A DNA stretch of 64,000 nt from the human T2T-CHM13v2.0 reference genome, Homo sapiens (GCF_009914755.1 NC_060947.1), one strand, 5' to 3'. Numbered from the stretch's first letter, positions 44,680 through 58,051 are shown. Notes: a model not told the origin generated them from the letters alone. Made by a program: numbers and translations.

Positions 44680-46478
44680 TTTTATTTTACTTTATTTTAT
44701 TATGATTCAAATTTAACTTTTAAGTTTGGGGTACATGTGCAGGTTTGTTATATAGATAAACCTGTGTCATAGGTGTTTGTTGTACAGATTATTTCTTCAC
44801 CCAGGTATTAAGTCTAGTATCCATTAGTTACTTTTCCTGATCCTCTACCACCTCCTACCCTCCATCCTCTGATAGGCCCCAGTGTGTGTTGTTCCCTTCT
44901 GTGTATCCATGTGTTCTCATCATTTAGCTCCCACTTACAAGTGAGAACATGTGGTATTTGGTTTTCTTTTCCTGTGTTAATTTGCTAAGGATAATGGCCT
45001 CCAGTTCCATCCATGTTCCTGCAAAGGACATGATCTTGTTCTTTTTTCTGGCTGCATAATATTTCATGGTGTATATGTACCACATTTCTGTTATCCAGTC
45101 TACCATTGAGGAGCATGTAGGTTGATTCCACGTCTTTGTTATTGTGAATAGTGCTGCAGTGGACACATGCATACATGTGTCTTTATAAAAGAAAGATTTG
45201 TATTCCTTTGGGTATATGCCTAATAATGGCATTGCTGGGTTGGACAGTAATTCTGTCTTTAGGTCTTTGAGGAATTGCCACACCCTCTCTCACAATGGTT
45301 GAACTACCATTGTGTAGTGTAACTAATGGTTACACTCCTACCAACAGTGTATAAGCATTTGTTTTCTCTGCAACCTCACCAGCATCTGTTATTTTTTGAC
45401 TTTTTAATAATAGCCATTCTGACTGGTGTGAGATGGTATCTCACTGTGGTTTTGATTTGCATTTCTCTAATGATCAGTGATGTTGAGGGTTTTTTTTGTA
45501 TGCTTTTTGGCTGCATGTATGTCTTCTTTTGAGAAGTGTCTGTTCATGTCCTCTGCCCCCTTTTTAATGGGATTGTTTTTTTCTTATAAACTTAAGTTCC
45601 TTGTAGATGCCAGATATTAGACTTTTGTCAGATGGGTAGATTGCAAATATTTCTCCCATTCTGTAGGTTGTCTGTTTACTCTGATGATAGTTTCTTTTGC
45701 TGTGTAGAAGCTCTTTAGTTTAATTAAATCGTATTTGTCTGTTTTTGCTTTTGTTGCAAATGCTGTTGGCATCTTTGTCATGAAATCTTTGCCCTTGCCT
45801 CTGTCCTGATGATATTGCCTAGGTTTTCTTCTAGGGTTTTTATAGTTTTGGGTTTTACATTTAAGTCTTTAATCCATCTTGAGTTGATTTTTGTATATGG
45901 TGTAAGGAAGAGGTCCAGTTTCAATTTTCTGCATATGGCTAGCCAGTTCTCCCAACACCATTTATTAAATAGGGAATCCTCTCCACATTGCTTGTTTTTG
46001 TCAGATTTATAGAAGATCAGATGGTTGTAGGTGTGTGGTCTTATTTCTGAGTTCTCTATTCTGTTCCATTGGTCTATGTGTCTGTTCTTGTACCAGTACT
46101 ATGCTGTTTTTTGGGTACTGTAGCCTTGTAGTAAAGTTTGAAGTCAGGTAGCATGATGCCTTCAGCTTTGTTCCTTTTGCTTAGGATTTTCTTGGTTATT
46201 TGGGCCCTTTGATGGTTCCATATGAATTTTAAAATAGTTTTTTTTTTCTAATTCTGTGAAGAATTTCAGTGGTACTTTAATAGGAATAGCATGGAATCTA
46301 TAAATTGCTTTGGGCAGTGTGGCCATTTTAATGATATTGGTTCTTCCTATCCATGAGCACGGAATGTTTTTCCATTTATTTGTGTCATCTCTGATTTGAT
46401 TTGTATTCTCCTTGCAGAGATATTTCACTTCCTTAGTTAGCTGTATTCCTAGGTAGTTTATTCTTTTTGTGGCAATTT
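44680..46478 (-). mobile_element. L1PA13-like 3' ~1.8 kb
   Basis: 3' end ggggtacatgtgcaggtttgttatatagataaacc; minus ORF 44924-45283 is the ORF2p C-terminus (MSFAGTWMELEAIILSKL). Confidence 0.92.
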
Positions 46479-46595
46479 TTGGCCAAAGCTAACAGAAGCC
46501 GGAAGGCAGAGGAGCCTCTGATGCACACTGCAGGCCTCAGCTTCCCAGGGCACAGAGAAGAGCTGTTGGTAGAACTAGGGCAGATGGAACATAAC
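46479..46595 (-). mobile_element. LTR33-like fragment
   Basis: ttggccaaagctaacagaagccggaaggcagaggagcc...tcagcttcccagggcacagag. Confidence 0.55.
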
Positions 46596-47784
46596 CCCAA
46601 CAGTCCCCAAGTCATGATTTGGTTATTCTTTTTGCAAAGTGTCAGGCTTTAGCTGCTGCTTTTTTGTTTGAGTGTCTTTTTTTTTTTTTTTCATTTAAGC
46701 AGTCTTTATTTCCACCTCTATTTGCAAATGCTCCCTAGCAATCGACTAATGGAGTAGCTCATTTCACCTATCAGTCAGTTTCTCTACAATAGCTGGCAAA
46801 CATTGCTCTTTATGTGGTAGCTGGTTGAACTTTATAAATTGTGTTTAGAAACTAGACCCATAATTTTTGAAGATAATAAAATTATATCAGTAACATAGCT
46901 TTGGAAGTCCTTTTGAAATAGATGATATTAGAAAAATTAACTTGGGTAGCACGTGTTTAGGGTTGGTGAACTTATAATAATGGAAGCATTTTAGTATTTG
47001 GTTGCTTTTTTCCTCCAAAGAATAGACAAAACCTAATCAAATGCTTATGAAACAAATGCCATGCTATAAAATTTCATAGGTTTTATTTGCTTATAACGAA
47101 CCTAGTGGAGCTGCTTCAGCAATGTGATGGACGATTTTCTGTACCTAAATTGTGGGACCATTGCTCTGATTTTCCATTTTGTTGCTATCCAAGCAGAATG
47201 CAGAAGGGTACAATGAGTCTGCAATGCCACATCACATGTATCTTTAGGTCTGATGTTAAATAAACCCGAGAGTAAATATCAAATGAAGAAAGAATATTAC
47301 CTATAAACTCCATGTTTTAGGATCTGTGCTCTTTATTTCATTCAGTTAATTTCTGATGTGAATTTGTTTTGTAACACTATTACACAATATATTTCCTCAA
47401 GCTTTGAAATGCACTGTGTCTTTAAGTCTGTATTTTAAAAATTTAACAAATAATATTAGGTGGCTTCTAGATGCAAGCTCTCCCAAAGGACCTGCATGGT
47501 ATCACAGGATAAGTGGTTCTATCTGTAGTCAGAGATGAGGACACAGTTGACATTTAGATTCTCATGAGGGTTCCCCGGGTGGGTCATGCTGTAAGGTGCT
47601 GCACAGCTGCCAAATTGAAAGGCAGGGAATCAGTACAAGTGCACAGTCCATGAACATGAATTTGAGCAAGCTATACAGCAAGATCCCTGTGAAAGGACAG
47701 AAAACAAAGGGCATGTCATGAGGTCATGGTGGAGAAGGGGTTCAAAGGATAAACCTCGGGTCTCCTATTCCTCACTCCCCCCAG

Positions 47785-47874
47785 GAGATTGTGTCAACCT
47801 CAAGATGCTGTGGTCTTGGACCTTGTACAAGGGAATACAGAGGAGTCCAGGGTGGCCGCATTCGTGAATAACTA
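47785..47874 (+). other. Candidate internal exon (90 nt)
   Basis: Acceptor tctcctattcctcactccccccag| and donor CTA|GTGAGT; one open frame; no transcript evidence available. Confidence 0.3.
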
Positions 47875-50717
47875 GTGAGTGAAAACAGAGGAGGAAAAAG
47901 GAGGCGAGTACTTTCTACTTAGGTCCTTAACAATTATGATCCAGTGGGCTGCTGAGATGTCATTTAACCCCACTCTAGTCAGGGCAGTAAGCACAGGTGA
48001 TTCCAGGGCAGATGTCCCCATTCCCAAGTACCTTTCATGTAAAATATCTCCAGCCTTCCCTTACGGCTTCTTACCCCTCCCTTGCTGTCTGTATAAAGTC
48101 CTGCATTATTCTCCAGTAAGGAAGAGTACTTGAATGTTTCTACTAACATGTAAAGAAGTCAACCCACGTGGGCTCACAGATTAGCATCCGTTCAGATCTG
48201 GTACATAGGTGGTTTATTGATTAGTGAGGTCCTCATACCATCTAGACAGAAGAGGACACAAGGCAGGGTCGCTACCTTTAGAATGGGAAGAAGGATATTT
48301 CACTCAGGTTCAGAGTTGCCAGGAGAATAAAGGGCCTAACCCTCAAGGGATGGGTGGCATGTTAGGAGAAGGGACAGAGGGGATCCTTAACTGGATGTGT
48401 CTCCCCAGAACCTCACTTAGGCCTGGCTCTTCCATGGTGATGTAGCTCATAGGGAAACAGTCCAGCAGGGGTATCTTTCTGAAGCAGAGCCAGGGCAAGG
48501 CAAACAAGCCATATTTAACCTTGTCTCTTAGCCAGTCACCTGTAGGGATTTCTTACCTCTTTGCTTTTAAATTTCTTTTGATTCTGTTTCTCTCGTGTTC
48601 TTTTGTGATGAAATAGCCACGTGGGACCTGAGCAACTTGGCCCTGAAGTGGCACCTGCTCATCTTGGATTCCACTGTGAGGAGAAGTTATGAGGCAAAGC
48701 AAAACGTGAGAGAATTGTCCTTACATTGGGGTCTTTTTAAGAAATACATTTGGTGTATCCTAAGGGAAAAGGAACACATTTGAGCTTCATGTCTATAACT
48801 AGACTTTCAAGTTATGATTTGCCATATATTATTTGGTCCTTTTATGGTAAAACAAAAAATTGTAATGTAAATATTGTATTTTATTAAAAGTTCCCTATTA
48901 AAGTTAACAGAATAAGAACGAACTAATTATTTCACTGAAGTTGCTAAGTGTTGGCATTGTGCTTGGCACATTCCTGCTATGATCTTAGGAAATGCAGAAT
49001 TTTAGAAGTATCTAAGTTGGTATTGGTTGGAGATATAAACATATAATCATTTTATTTACAACTGTGATTTAAAAATACTAACCTTCGCCTGATTTTAAAT
49101 GCAATTTATTTTTCTGTTTTGTTATATATGTAATTCTTAAAGTTACTTATTTATAAATCGAAAGCTAAAATTTATAATTTACTATCTGTATTTTCAGACC
49201 CCTGACTCTTCATTAACTTCTTGATTCATAAACAATGGACCAAAAGTCCCAGTTGATAGATGCAAACTCTTCTGCTGGATTTATGTACTCTAACCAAGAG
49301 CCTTAGTGTAAATCATTGTCAAGTTTACAAATGTTCCTATTAGTTAGTGCTTTAGCTGTCTGATTTGAAAACACCTGCTCTCTTTACTGTCCAATTCTGA
49401 TATATCTTTTTAATATACAGCACATTCTTATAATTTGTTACTACCAAGTACTGATTTATAAGGATGTTGTAATAAATTTTATAACGTAAATTTTAAAGGC
49501 TTTGGATTAGGTACACAAGATTTTTGAAAGCTTTATGGCTGAAAAACAATTCTTAGAAGCCAGAAGTAAATTTTATGTCAATATCCTACAAAACAAGCAT
49601 GGCATACTCGACTTAAGAATATTTGTATTTTCTTCCTATATCGTCTTCCCATTCCCTGCATTAAGACTTTCCTTTTCATAAAAGTCTGTACCATTGTTGG
49701 CTGGACCTAAGCAGACATGCAAAGGCAAACAAGTATTAGTGTTTAACCTGGACAGATTGATATAATTACTGTGTACTAAGCCCCTTGCTGAGTTTTGGGG
49801 AGCCTGAATGGTTTTATCTTGGTTCTCCCTTCCATCTGTCCTTTTCTTCTGCTGGGGACACATTGACACATATTTGGATTTAAATCCCTGCTTGGGGAGC
49901 TCAGAGCACTTGTTGAGCAGCCTTTTAATTACATATCTGTAAAGTAATTTATTGTTTCCCTGTCTGAGGGCTGAGGGATTTATGTTTATCAGCTTTATGC
50001 TCTTGCGTACCGATGACTGGACTACTGGCCAGTCAGGGAGATTCACTCTATAGAGGATTAGGGCAAGGACTTAGGGCATTGAGTAAAATTACCATTTTAG
50101 AATAATATCCTTGAAGGTGCTATATACAGTAAGGGGAAATGGATAATTTTCTTCTCATTATTATATCAAATTTAGCAGATCTGTGTGGCTCACTTTGTTC
50201 CTTAGATTCATGTAGTTCATGTTTGTATTCTTCTCCCTCTCAGGGTGGGATGTATTGTTGCATGGTGACATTTACTGCAAAGGTTTTATCTTACCAAATT
50301 GCTGACAGCTGCCTAAAGCAGGCAATTACAAGCATATATTTTTTTGGATGAACGACCAAATAGTACACAGAAGTTATTATCCTGTAGTCTCCACACAGCC
50401 CTGAAATTTATAGAAATCTAAGAGATTTGGGGCAGGGAAAAATGGCGGATGGAAAATTTACCATTTGATAGTTGAGATTGATCATAAAGCATTTTTTAAT
50501 AAAACATTATTTAACAACACAAATTTTAGAACAAAGTAATTCTGTTTTGTTTTTTTTTTGTTGTTTTGTTATTTTGTTTTAGAACAGATCTGCTTTGGAG
50601 CTATCCCTGAACCAGGCATTGGGATTGGAGTTGGGTACACGGAGGAACTAAGACAATGTTCTAGAATATCAAAACATGGTCTGTGTCCTCAAGAACAAGT
50701 CAAGGTAGTAAGGCCAG

Positions 50718-51304
50718 TGATATGGTTTGGCTCTGTGTCCCCACCGAAATCTTATCTTGTAGCTCCCATAATTCCCACGTGTGGTGGGAAGGACCCAGTG
50801 GGAGATGGTTGAATCATGGGGGCGGGCCTTTCCCCTGCTGTTCTTGTAATGGTGAGTGAGTCTCACGAGGTCTGATGGTTTTAAAAACGGGAGTTTCCCT
50901 GCACAAGCTCTCTTTTTGCCTGCTCCCATCCATGTAAGACATCACTTGCTCCTCCTTGCCCTCTGCCATGACTGTGAGGCCTCCCCATCCATGTGGAGCT
51001 GTAAGTCCATTAAACCTCTTTTTCTTTTTTTTAATTATTATGGATACATAACAGTTGTGTATATTTATGGGGTACATGTGAAATTTTGATACAAGCATAC
51101 AATGTTTCATTATTAAGTCAGGGTAACTGGGGTATTCATTGCCTCAACTATTTATAATTTCTTTGTGTTAGAAACATTCCAATCTTTTTTTTATTATATT
51201 TTAAGTTCTGGGGTACATGTGCAGAATGTGCAGGTTTGTTAAACCTCTTTTTCTTCCCAGTCTCGGATATGTCTTTATCAGCAGCATGAAAGCAGACTAA
51301 TACA
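50718..51304 (+). mobile_element. THE1B-like solo LTR interrupted by a composite L1 insertion
   Basis: tgatatggtttggct...gggagtttccctgcacaagctctc...cagactaataca. Confidence 0.92.
51010..51255 (-). mobile_element. Composite insertion: ~55-bp L1PA 3' end plus ~155-bp L1MA 3' end, sharing a 17-bp TSD
   Basis: TSD ttaaacctctttttctt at 51010-51026 and 51239-51255. Confidence 0.88.
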
Positions 51305-52088
51305 GTGAGATTCAAACTCAAAGTAGTAAATAAACAACATAAGATTTTTCACCAGATTCTCCAGGGCTTCAGCTAGGTTTCCTTGCTGAGTAGGTTTATG
51401 AGCCACTGCAAGTCATATCAAGTTTTTAGAGCCTTAGTTAATCCACTTTAAGTAGAGAGGATTTGATTAACATTCATTGAGTATCTTTTATTTTCCAGGC
51501 ACTGTAGAAACTACTAGGGATTGAGTGATCAACCATCCATAGTCCAACTTCACAGAATTAAAGTCCAGAAGAGAAGGCAGAAATTTCTATAACTAATAAA
51601 GTTACATATATGTTACAAAAGCCTGAACAAATACTGCAGAAGAGGAGAAAAACACCTAAGGTTCCTTTTAACCCTTTGCTACTAGTGATTTTATGATAGC
51701 TGTTTATAAATCCATAAGTGAAAAACATTATACACATAATATTGCTTATTTTATTTATTCCACACACACAAAAATGACCTTTAGTGCATAGTAATCTCCT
51801 TCCCATTGAGACAATACTTTTGCAGAGACATATTATTGAACTATGTAGTTGCTACATAGAATTAGTGGTTTCAAACAAGAGAGTGAAAAATAAAATTGAA
51901 TAAAAATTGAAATGAAAAGAAAACAATTATATAGGAGGGATTATATTTGTTATATGTATATTTTTGCATGTAAAACAAATGGCGATGGTATGCATCACTA
52001 CTATATAAATTGGATTTTATCATGATGGACAAGAACACTGCTGGCATGGATGTTACATTTTGAAATATAAATGAATTTGGAGCAGTAA

Positions 52089-52389
<301 letters not shown>

Positions 52390-53544
52390 TGTTTTTCTTT
52401 TCTTTTTTTTTTTTTAATAGGATTTTAGGTGGATAATAGGACCATACAGTGAGGTCTCTAAAGAGCATTAACTGACTAAAATGGGTTTCCCTATTGAGGA
52501 GGTCTCGTCATTGAAGATTGGGCATGTAGAGTGACATTTGTGGGCTTCACAGGCCTCTCTTGTAGCTGTGTTCCCTCCTTCTTCATGGAAAGGTTTGGGA
52601 TTGCCTTGCCTTTCTGATATTGCCTGACACAATATTCCTCAGTGCCTTGGGGTTGTAGTTGAATTGGATTGATTCCTTTAAGCTTGGGTATGTTCCAAAT
52701 TTGCCCACGGCTTTGCTATGACCACCACAGGCTTAAACTAATTATAACATTTAAGAACATAACTCAGGTCCTCTTCCTTCCACGAGAGCAAATTTAGGAA
52801 CCAAATGTTTTTCCCAATGACAGCTTAACTGAGGTAAAAAAAACAAGTTTTTTTCACCTTGAAAATAGGAAACTTCTAAGTAAAAATGAAAGAAAATGGA
52901 TTTATACCTAATGTTTTCTTTCTGGACCAGCCTTTAATTAAAGCCACAGTTACATATGGGCATTTTAAGTACTCATTTTCTTCATCTCCAATATTATAAT
53001 TTTGCCTTTATTCTTCATTCAATGCATTCATTTGACATGAGATCTTTGAACAAAATCATGCAAATGTAAACATCAAAATATAATTACCAAAATGATAAAA
53101 AAAATTCAGCAGGTGGATAACCTCTTTGAAGAAGAGAAACAATCATAGCTAATAAAGCTGCCAAGTAGATATGAGAAATTCACTGCTTTCTGCAAATCTA
53201 AGAAGAGAATGGGTAGTTTTAATTATTCATTACGCTGATGCTCAGGGAAAAATAAATTAAAAGCCTCTTATTTTATGAGAATTTAATTCAATTTATATGC
53301 TGTCCTTCTCTACTACCTTTCCCATGAGGCTTGTTGAACTATAGATCTTTGTGAAAAATAGCTTTCTCCCTTCCATTAGTGTTTCTTCCTGCCACAATCA
53401 TCTCATGTACCCCATGACTGCGGTAGTGACATCAGACTTATTTTAATTCACAGCCATGTTTCTACTAATGAAAAGCAAGATAGGCTTAAAAACAATGACG
53501 TCCACCTTCAGATAAGATGCTAGTGGCACAGACATATATGCTTG

Positions 53545-54440
53545 GGTTTGGATATGTCCCGTTCAACATTTTAATAAGTGAGTTGAGTTAATTCATGAAA
53601 ATGATATATATTTATTAAATGTGTGGATGTTACAGAAATGGAAAAGTCAGTTAATATGATAAATGATAGAATCAAGTGTCAAAAAGATACTGAAAAACTG
53701 CAAATTAGGAAAGTAACACATTTATATGTACCTTGAGTCTCACCCTTATCTGACTCAGATGATACTTAGATACAACTTTGGACTTTAGAGTTGATACTAG
53801 AATAAGTTAAGACTTTTGAGTCTTTTGGGATGGAATAAATATATTTTACTTGTGAGAAGGACATCCATTTCAGGGGGCTGGGGTGGGGAATGCAATGGTC
53901 TGAATGTTTGTATACCCCAAGAATGTATATGTTGAAATTTTAACACCCATTAAAATGTTATTAGGAGGTGAGACCTTTGGGAAGTAATTAGTTCATGAGA
54001 GTACAGCCCTCATAAATGTATTAATGCCTTATAAAAGGGACCACAGAAAACTCTCTCTCCCTATTTTCCCAATGTGATCTTATAAAGAGAAGATGACAGT
54101 CTGCAACTCAGAAGAAGGCCTTCACCAGAACCTGACCATGCTGTCACCCTGATCATGAACTTCCAGACTCCAAAACTGTGAGAAATAAATTTCTGTTGCT
54201 TAAGCCCTCCAGTTTAAGGTAATTTGTTATAGCAGCTCAAACTGACTGAGACATTAATTTAGGATAAAAAATCAGTTATATCTATAAACAGATTGGGGAA
54301 ACCTAGATAAGTGGTAGTTTATGTTAAAACAATAACAACAACAGTAACAACAGCAGCACAAAATTAACCAGAAGTTTTAGTTGACTTCAAGCTCAATATG
54401 AATCTCTAGTTTCAAGTCCACTGCCATAAAACTTAATTTT
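53545..54440 (+). mobile_element. L3/CR1 RT-region fragment, split by MLT1A
   Basis: gttcaacattttaataagtgag...aaatgtgtggatg...gatagaatcaag; resumes gttttagttgacttcaagctcaatatgaa. Confidence 0.65.
53735..54253 (+). mobile_element. MLT1A LTR (53891-54253) with 3' end of the MaLR internal region
   Basis: actttggactttagagttgat...purine-rich tract, then tgcaatggtctgaatgtttg...aataaatttctgttg...gactgagaca. Confidence 0.85.
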
Positions 54441-54864
54441 GGAAAATGTGATGAAGCTATATAGCAAAGTTGCCTTTGGGGGATAAAATACATTCTGAAA
54501 ATGCTCCAGTAGGACGTTCTTGCATTCCTTTTGATGTATGGGCTCATGGATTGCACGTACCTTTTATTTTGTGTCAGGAAAACCCAGTATTGAATACAAA
54601 AATATAAGAAATTAGCACTGGAAGTTGTGATTACATTTTTCTTTTCCATAGCTCATTTATTGAAATGTCTGACTTTACTCATCTGAAATTGAAACTAATA
54701 ACAGATATCTTCCTGGGCTTGTGTAGGCATAAATTTGATAGTGAGGACAAAATTGCATTAAAACCTAAAGTACTATTCCATGTTAATTTTAAGTAATGTC
54801 TTTCCACAGGTATATTCTTATTTGGAGGCATGTAAGTATGTTAGCACACATAGAAAAATAGGAT

Positions 54865-55290
54865 TTGGACACTCATGTACTGTTGGAGGGAATATAAGTT
54901 GACACAGGGGACTTGTACATAGCTTTCAAATTTTTAAGTACAAATGTTTTAATCAAGTAGTTCCATTTCTCTTTGTCTCTCCTATAGAAATACTCATATA
55001 TGCACAGATATATGTATAAAAACTCTTTTTCAGCAGTTTTGTAATAGTAAGACGTTGGAAAAAATTTTAAAGTATATTAATAGGGAAATGGCTCAGAATT
55101 TGTAGTAAATTATAGAATATAAATACTATGAGATACTATGTAGTGGCAAAAAAGGAATGAGGTATACTGATAAGGAAAGATATCCATCAAAAAAGCATGT
55201 CAAAAAATATATAAAAAATGGATCAAATGTATGTAAAAATTAACCTTCGTGAATGTGAAGAGTGCACAAATATATTTGCGTATGTGTATA
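54865..55290 (+). mobile_element. L1ME-type 3' fragment
   Basis: acactcatgtactgttggagggaatataagttg...atactatgtagtggcaaaaaaggaatgagg. Confidence 0.6.
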
Positions 55291-55334
55291 GACACACACT
55301 TACATATGTAAGATCCGTATCTACAGATCTCTCA

Positions 55335-55560
55335 CATTTGTTCTGGACTGTCTTTTCAAGGATGTGTGTATGGCAAACAGCCTCGGAAGACAGAAATAGT
55401 ATCTCTCTATGGGATAGGAGGCAGAGGGCAGATTTGTTTGCTGCCCAGGATAACAATTTTTTATCCCAAGGGCAAATGTGGGTCAGGTTCTCCAGAAGTC
55501 CCCTTCAAAAGATTGCAGTTTCCTTAAGCCAGGGTTGCTCATGGACACAGGTGTTACTTT
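55335..55560 (+). mobile_element. ERV1 MER4-group LTR fragment (subfamily uncertain)
   Basis: ttcaaggatgtgtg...aacagcctcggaagacagaaatagtatctc...agggcagatttgtttgctgccc...aaaagatt...ccttaagccaggg. Confidence 0.5.
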
Positions 55561-55789
55561 TTGCTGCCTCTGTGAATATGTGTGTGGGGTGGGTGTAGCA
55601 ATTAATTGTTCCATCTGAGGTGATAAAGGGTAAATCCTGAAATACTAGCAGTACATGAACAACTACTGTGAATTTACCTGTGTGCATCCAGAGGGCAGAG
55701 CTAGAGGCAATCATTGAGGAGAAGTTACAAAGGAAAAGGAGGCAGAATTTGCATCAATAAAAGGAGAAATTTCCAAATACTTAAAGAAA

Positions 55790-56665
55790 CAACCTCACAC
55801 GTGGTAAAATGGCCGTTATAAAAAAGAAGAAAGATAACAAGTGTTGATGAGGATGTGCAGAAAAGTGAATCCTTATGCACTCTTGCTGGGAATGCAAACT
55901 GATACATTCACTATGGAAAACACTATGGTGGATCCCCAGAAAGTTAAAACTAGAACTACCATATGTTGTGCAATTCCACTTCTGGTTGTATATCTCAAGG
56001 AAATGAAATGAGTATGTGGAAGAGATATCTGCACTCCCATGTTCACTGCAGCAATATTCAGAATAGACAGGATATGGGATCAATTGAAGTGCCCATGAAG
56101 GGATAAATGGATATAGAAAATATGATATATATACACAGTGGAATAGTATTTAGCCTTATAAAAGAAGGAAATCTTGTCATTTGAGACAACCTGGATGAAC
56201 CTCAAAGACATGTATATTAAGTAAAAAAAAGCCAGACACAGAAAGACAAATATTGCATGTCTTACTTGTATGTGGAATCTAAAAAAGTTGAACTCATAGA
56301 AGCAGAAAGCAGACTGGTTACGAGGAACTGGGGGTTGGGAGTGAGGGGAATTGGGTAGATGTTGGTCGAAAGATACACAATTTTAGTTAGACAGCAGGAG
56401 TAAGTTCAAGGGATGTATTGTACAACATAGTAACTATAGTTAATAACAATGTATTACATACTTGGAAATTTCTGAGTGTAGATTTCTCACCCTTTATAGT
56501 ATTCTCACCATGAAAATAATAAATATGTGATGTAATATATATATATATATATTAATTAGATCGACTTTGCCATTCCACAGTGTATACATATTTCAAAACA
56601 TCATGTTGTACACCATAAATATATATAATTTTTATTTGACAAATAAAAAATAAACAAAAATAAAA
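55790..56665 (+). mobile_element. L1MA6/7-like 3' end
   Basis: gccattccacagtgtatacatatttcaaaacatcatgttgtacaccataaatatata plus A-rich tail. Confidence 0.88.
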
Positions 56666-56972
56666 ATAGAAATATATAGGTAAATTTCTCTTTAGTAAAT
56701 TATTATTGCTCACCTTAAGGTTCCTTTTCCTCATTATTGTTGCATCATTAAAGAGTTATGATCCTCATCTAGTGGGTTAATCCTTATTGGATTTAATATT
56801 CTAAGTACTTAAGGAGTCTGATTTAACAAATTTGATCCTTGTCTCTTTTCCCTATGCTCTCTTCCCCCATCCCTGCCATATGGCTTGACTTCATTTGGGC
56901 AGTTATGTTTCCTCCATTCATGTATCTTTCCTTATTCATAGAATTAGGATCTAAAGGCCAGAATTTAATTTG

Positions 56973-57363
56973 AAAATTGGGTGCAATCGCATGTTCTCAC
57001 TCATAGGTGGGAATTGAACAATGAGAACACTTGGACACAGGAAGGGGAACATCACACACCGGCGCCTGTCGTGGGGTGGGGGGAGGGGGCAGGGATAGCA
57101 TTAGGAGATATACCTGATGTAAATGACCAGTCGATGGGTGCTGCACACCAACATGGCACATGTATGCATATGTAACAAACCTGCACGTTGTGCATATGTA
57201 CCCTAGAACTTAAAGTATAAAAAAACAAAAAAGGATAGAAAAGATGGAGACACATGAGAGGCTAAAAAGCCTATATTTAAGCCAGCAAGCAAAAATGTAT
57301 GTAAAGGTGCCTCATAAACACTGCAAATAAATCCAGTTGAACTCGAAAAAAAAAATTGGGTGC
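56973..57363 (+). mobile_element. 5'-truncated L1PA4/5-like element (56985-57232) carrying a 3' transduction, 12-bp TSD
   Basis: TSD aaaattgggtgc at 56973-56984 and 57352-57363; L1 end taccctagaacttaaagtataaaa; second AATAAA 57326-57331 and poly(A) 57346-57355. Confidence 0.9.
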
Positions 57364-57721
57364 CATCTTTCTGCTAATTGAAATACTGACGGCTGCACTG
57401 GGTCTGCTTTGATTTTGGGCTGTAAGTATTTGGTCCTCTAGACCAAGGGATTATGGAATCTACCAAATGGTCCTGCTCACCTCTATTTTGAGGTTTAGGG
57501 CTAAAGCCCCCATTGAAAAAAAGAAAAGGATGTCTTTCTCTTCTGTACCTCTTAATATACACCACCCCTGCCCCCTTAGGGAGGCAATAGGGAAGATCTT
57601 GCTGGGCCAGGAAAGATTGAAGTAATTCTGGATTCCTGGTCCAGCACCACTGTAACATCGTTCTCTAACAGAACTGCAGTGATTTCTGTTCCCCAACAGA
57701 TATTGGCAGGACTATCAATTG

Positions 57722-58051
57722 CAGCAGTCCCCAACCTTTTTGGCACGAGGGACTGGTTTCATGGAAGACAATTTTTCCACAGATAGTGGGGGTGGGAGGG
57801 AAGAAACTGTTCCACCTCAGATCATCAGGCATTAGATTCTTATAAGGAGTGTGCAACCTAGATTCCTTACATGCACAATTCACAATAGGGTTCCCGCGCC
57901 TATGACAAGCTAATGCTGCCACTCATCTGGCAGGAAGTGAAGCTCAGGCTGTAATGCTCACTCGCCCGCTGCTCACTTCCTGCTGTGCATCTCGGTTTCT
58001 AACAGGCCATGGACTGGTACCAGTCCGTGGCCTGAGAGTTGGGGACCCTTG
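57722..58051 (+). mobile_element. MER1B (hAT-Charlie)
   Basis: TIRs cagcagtccccaacc / gttggggacccttg; degenerate 8-bp TSD atcaattg / atcttttg. Confidence 0.9.

Noticed and set aside
49636-50046. 136-aa minus-strand ORF
   Set aside because: Non-ATG start, no recognisable domain, no splice or promoter support; length attainable by chance.
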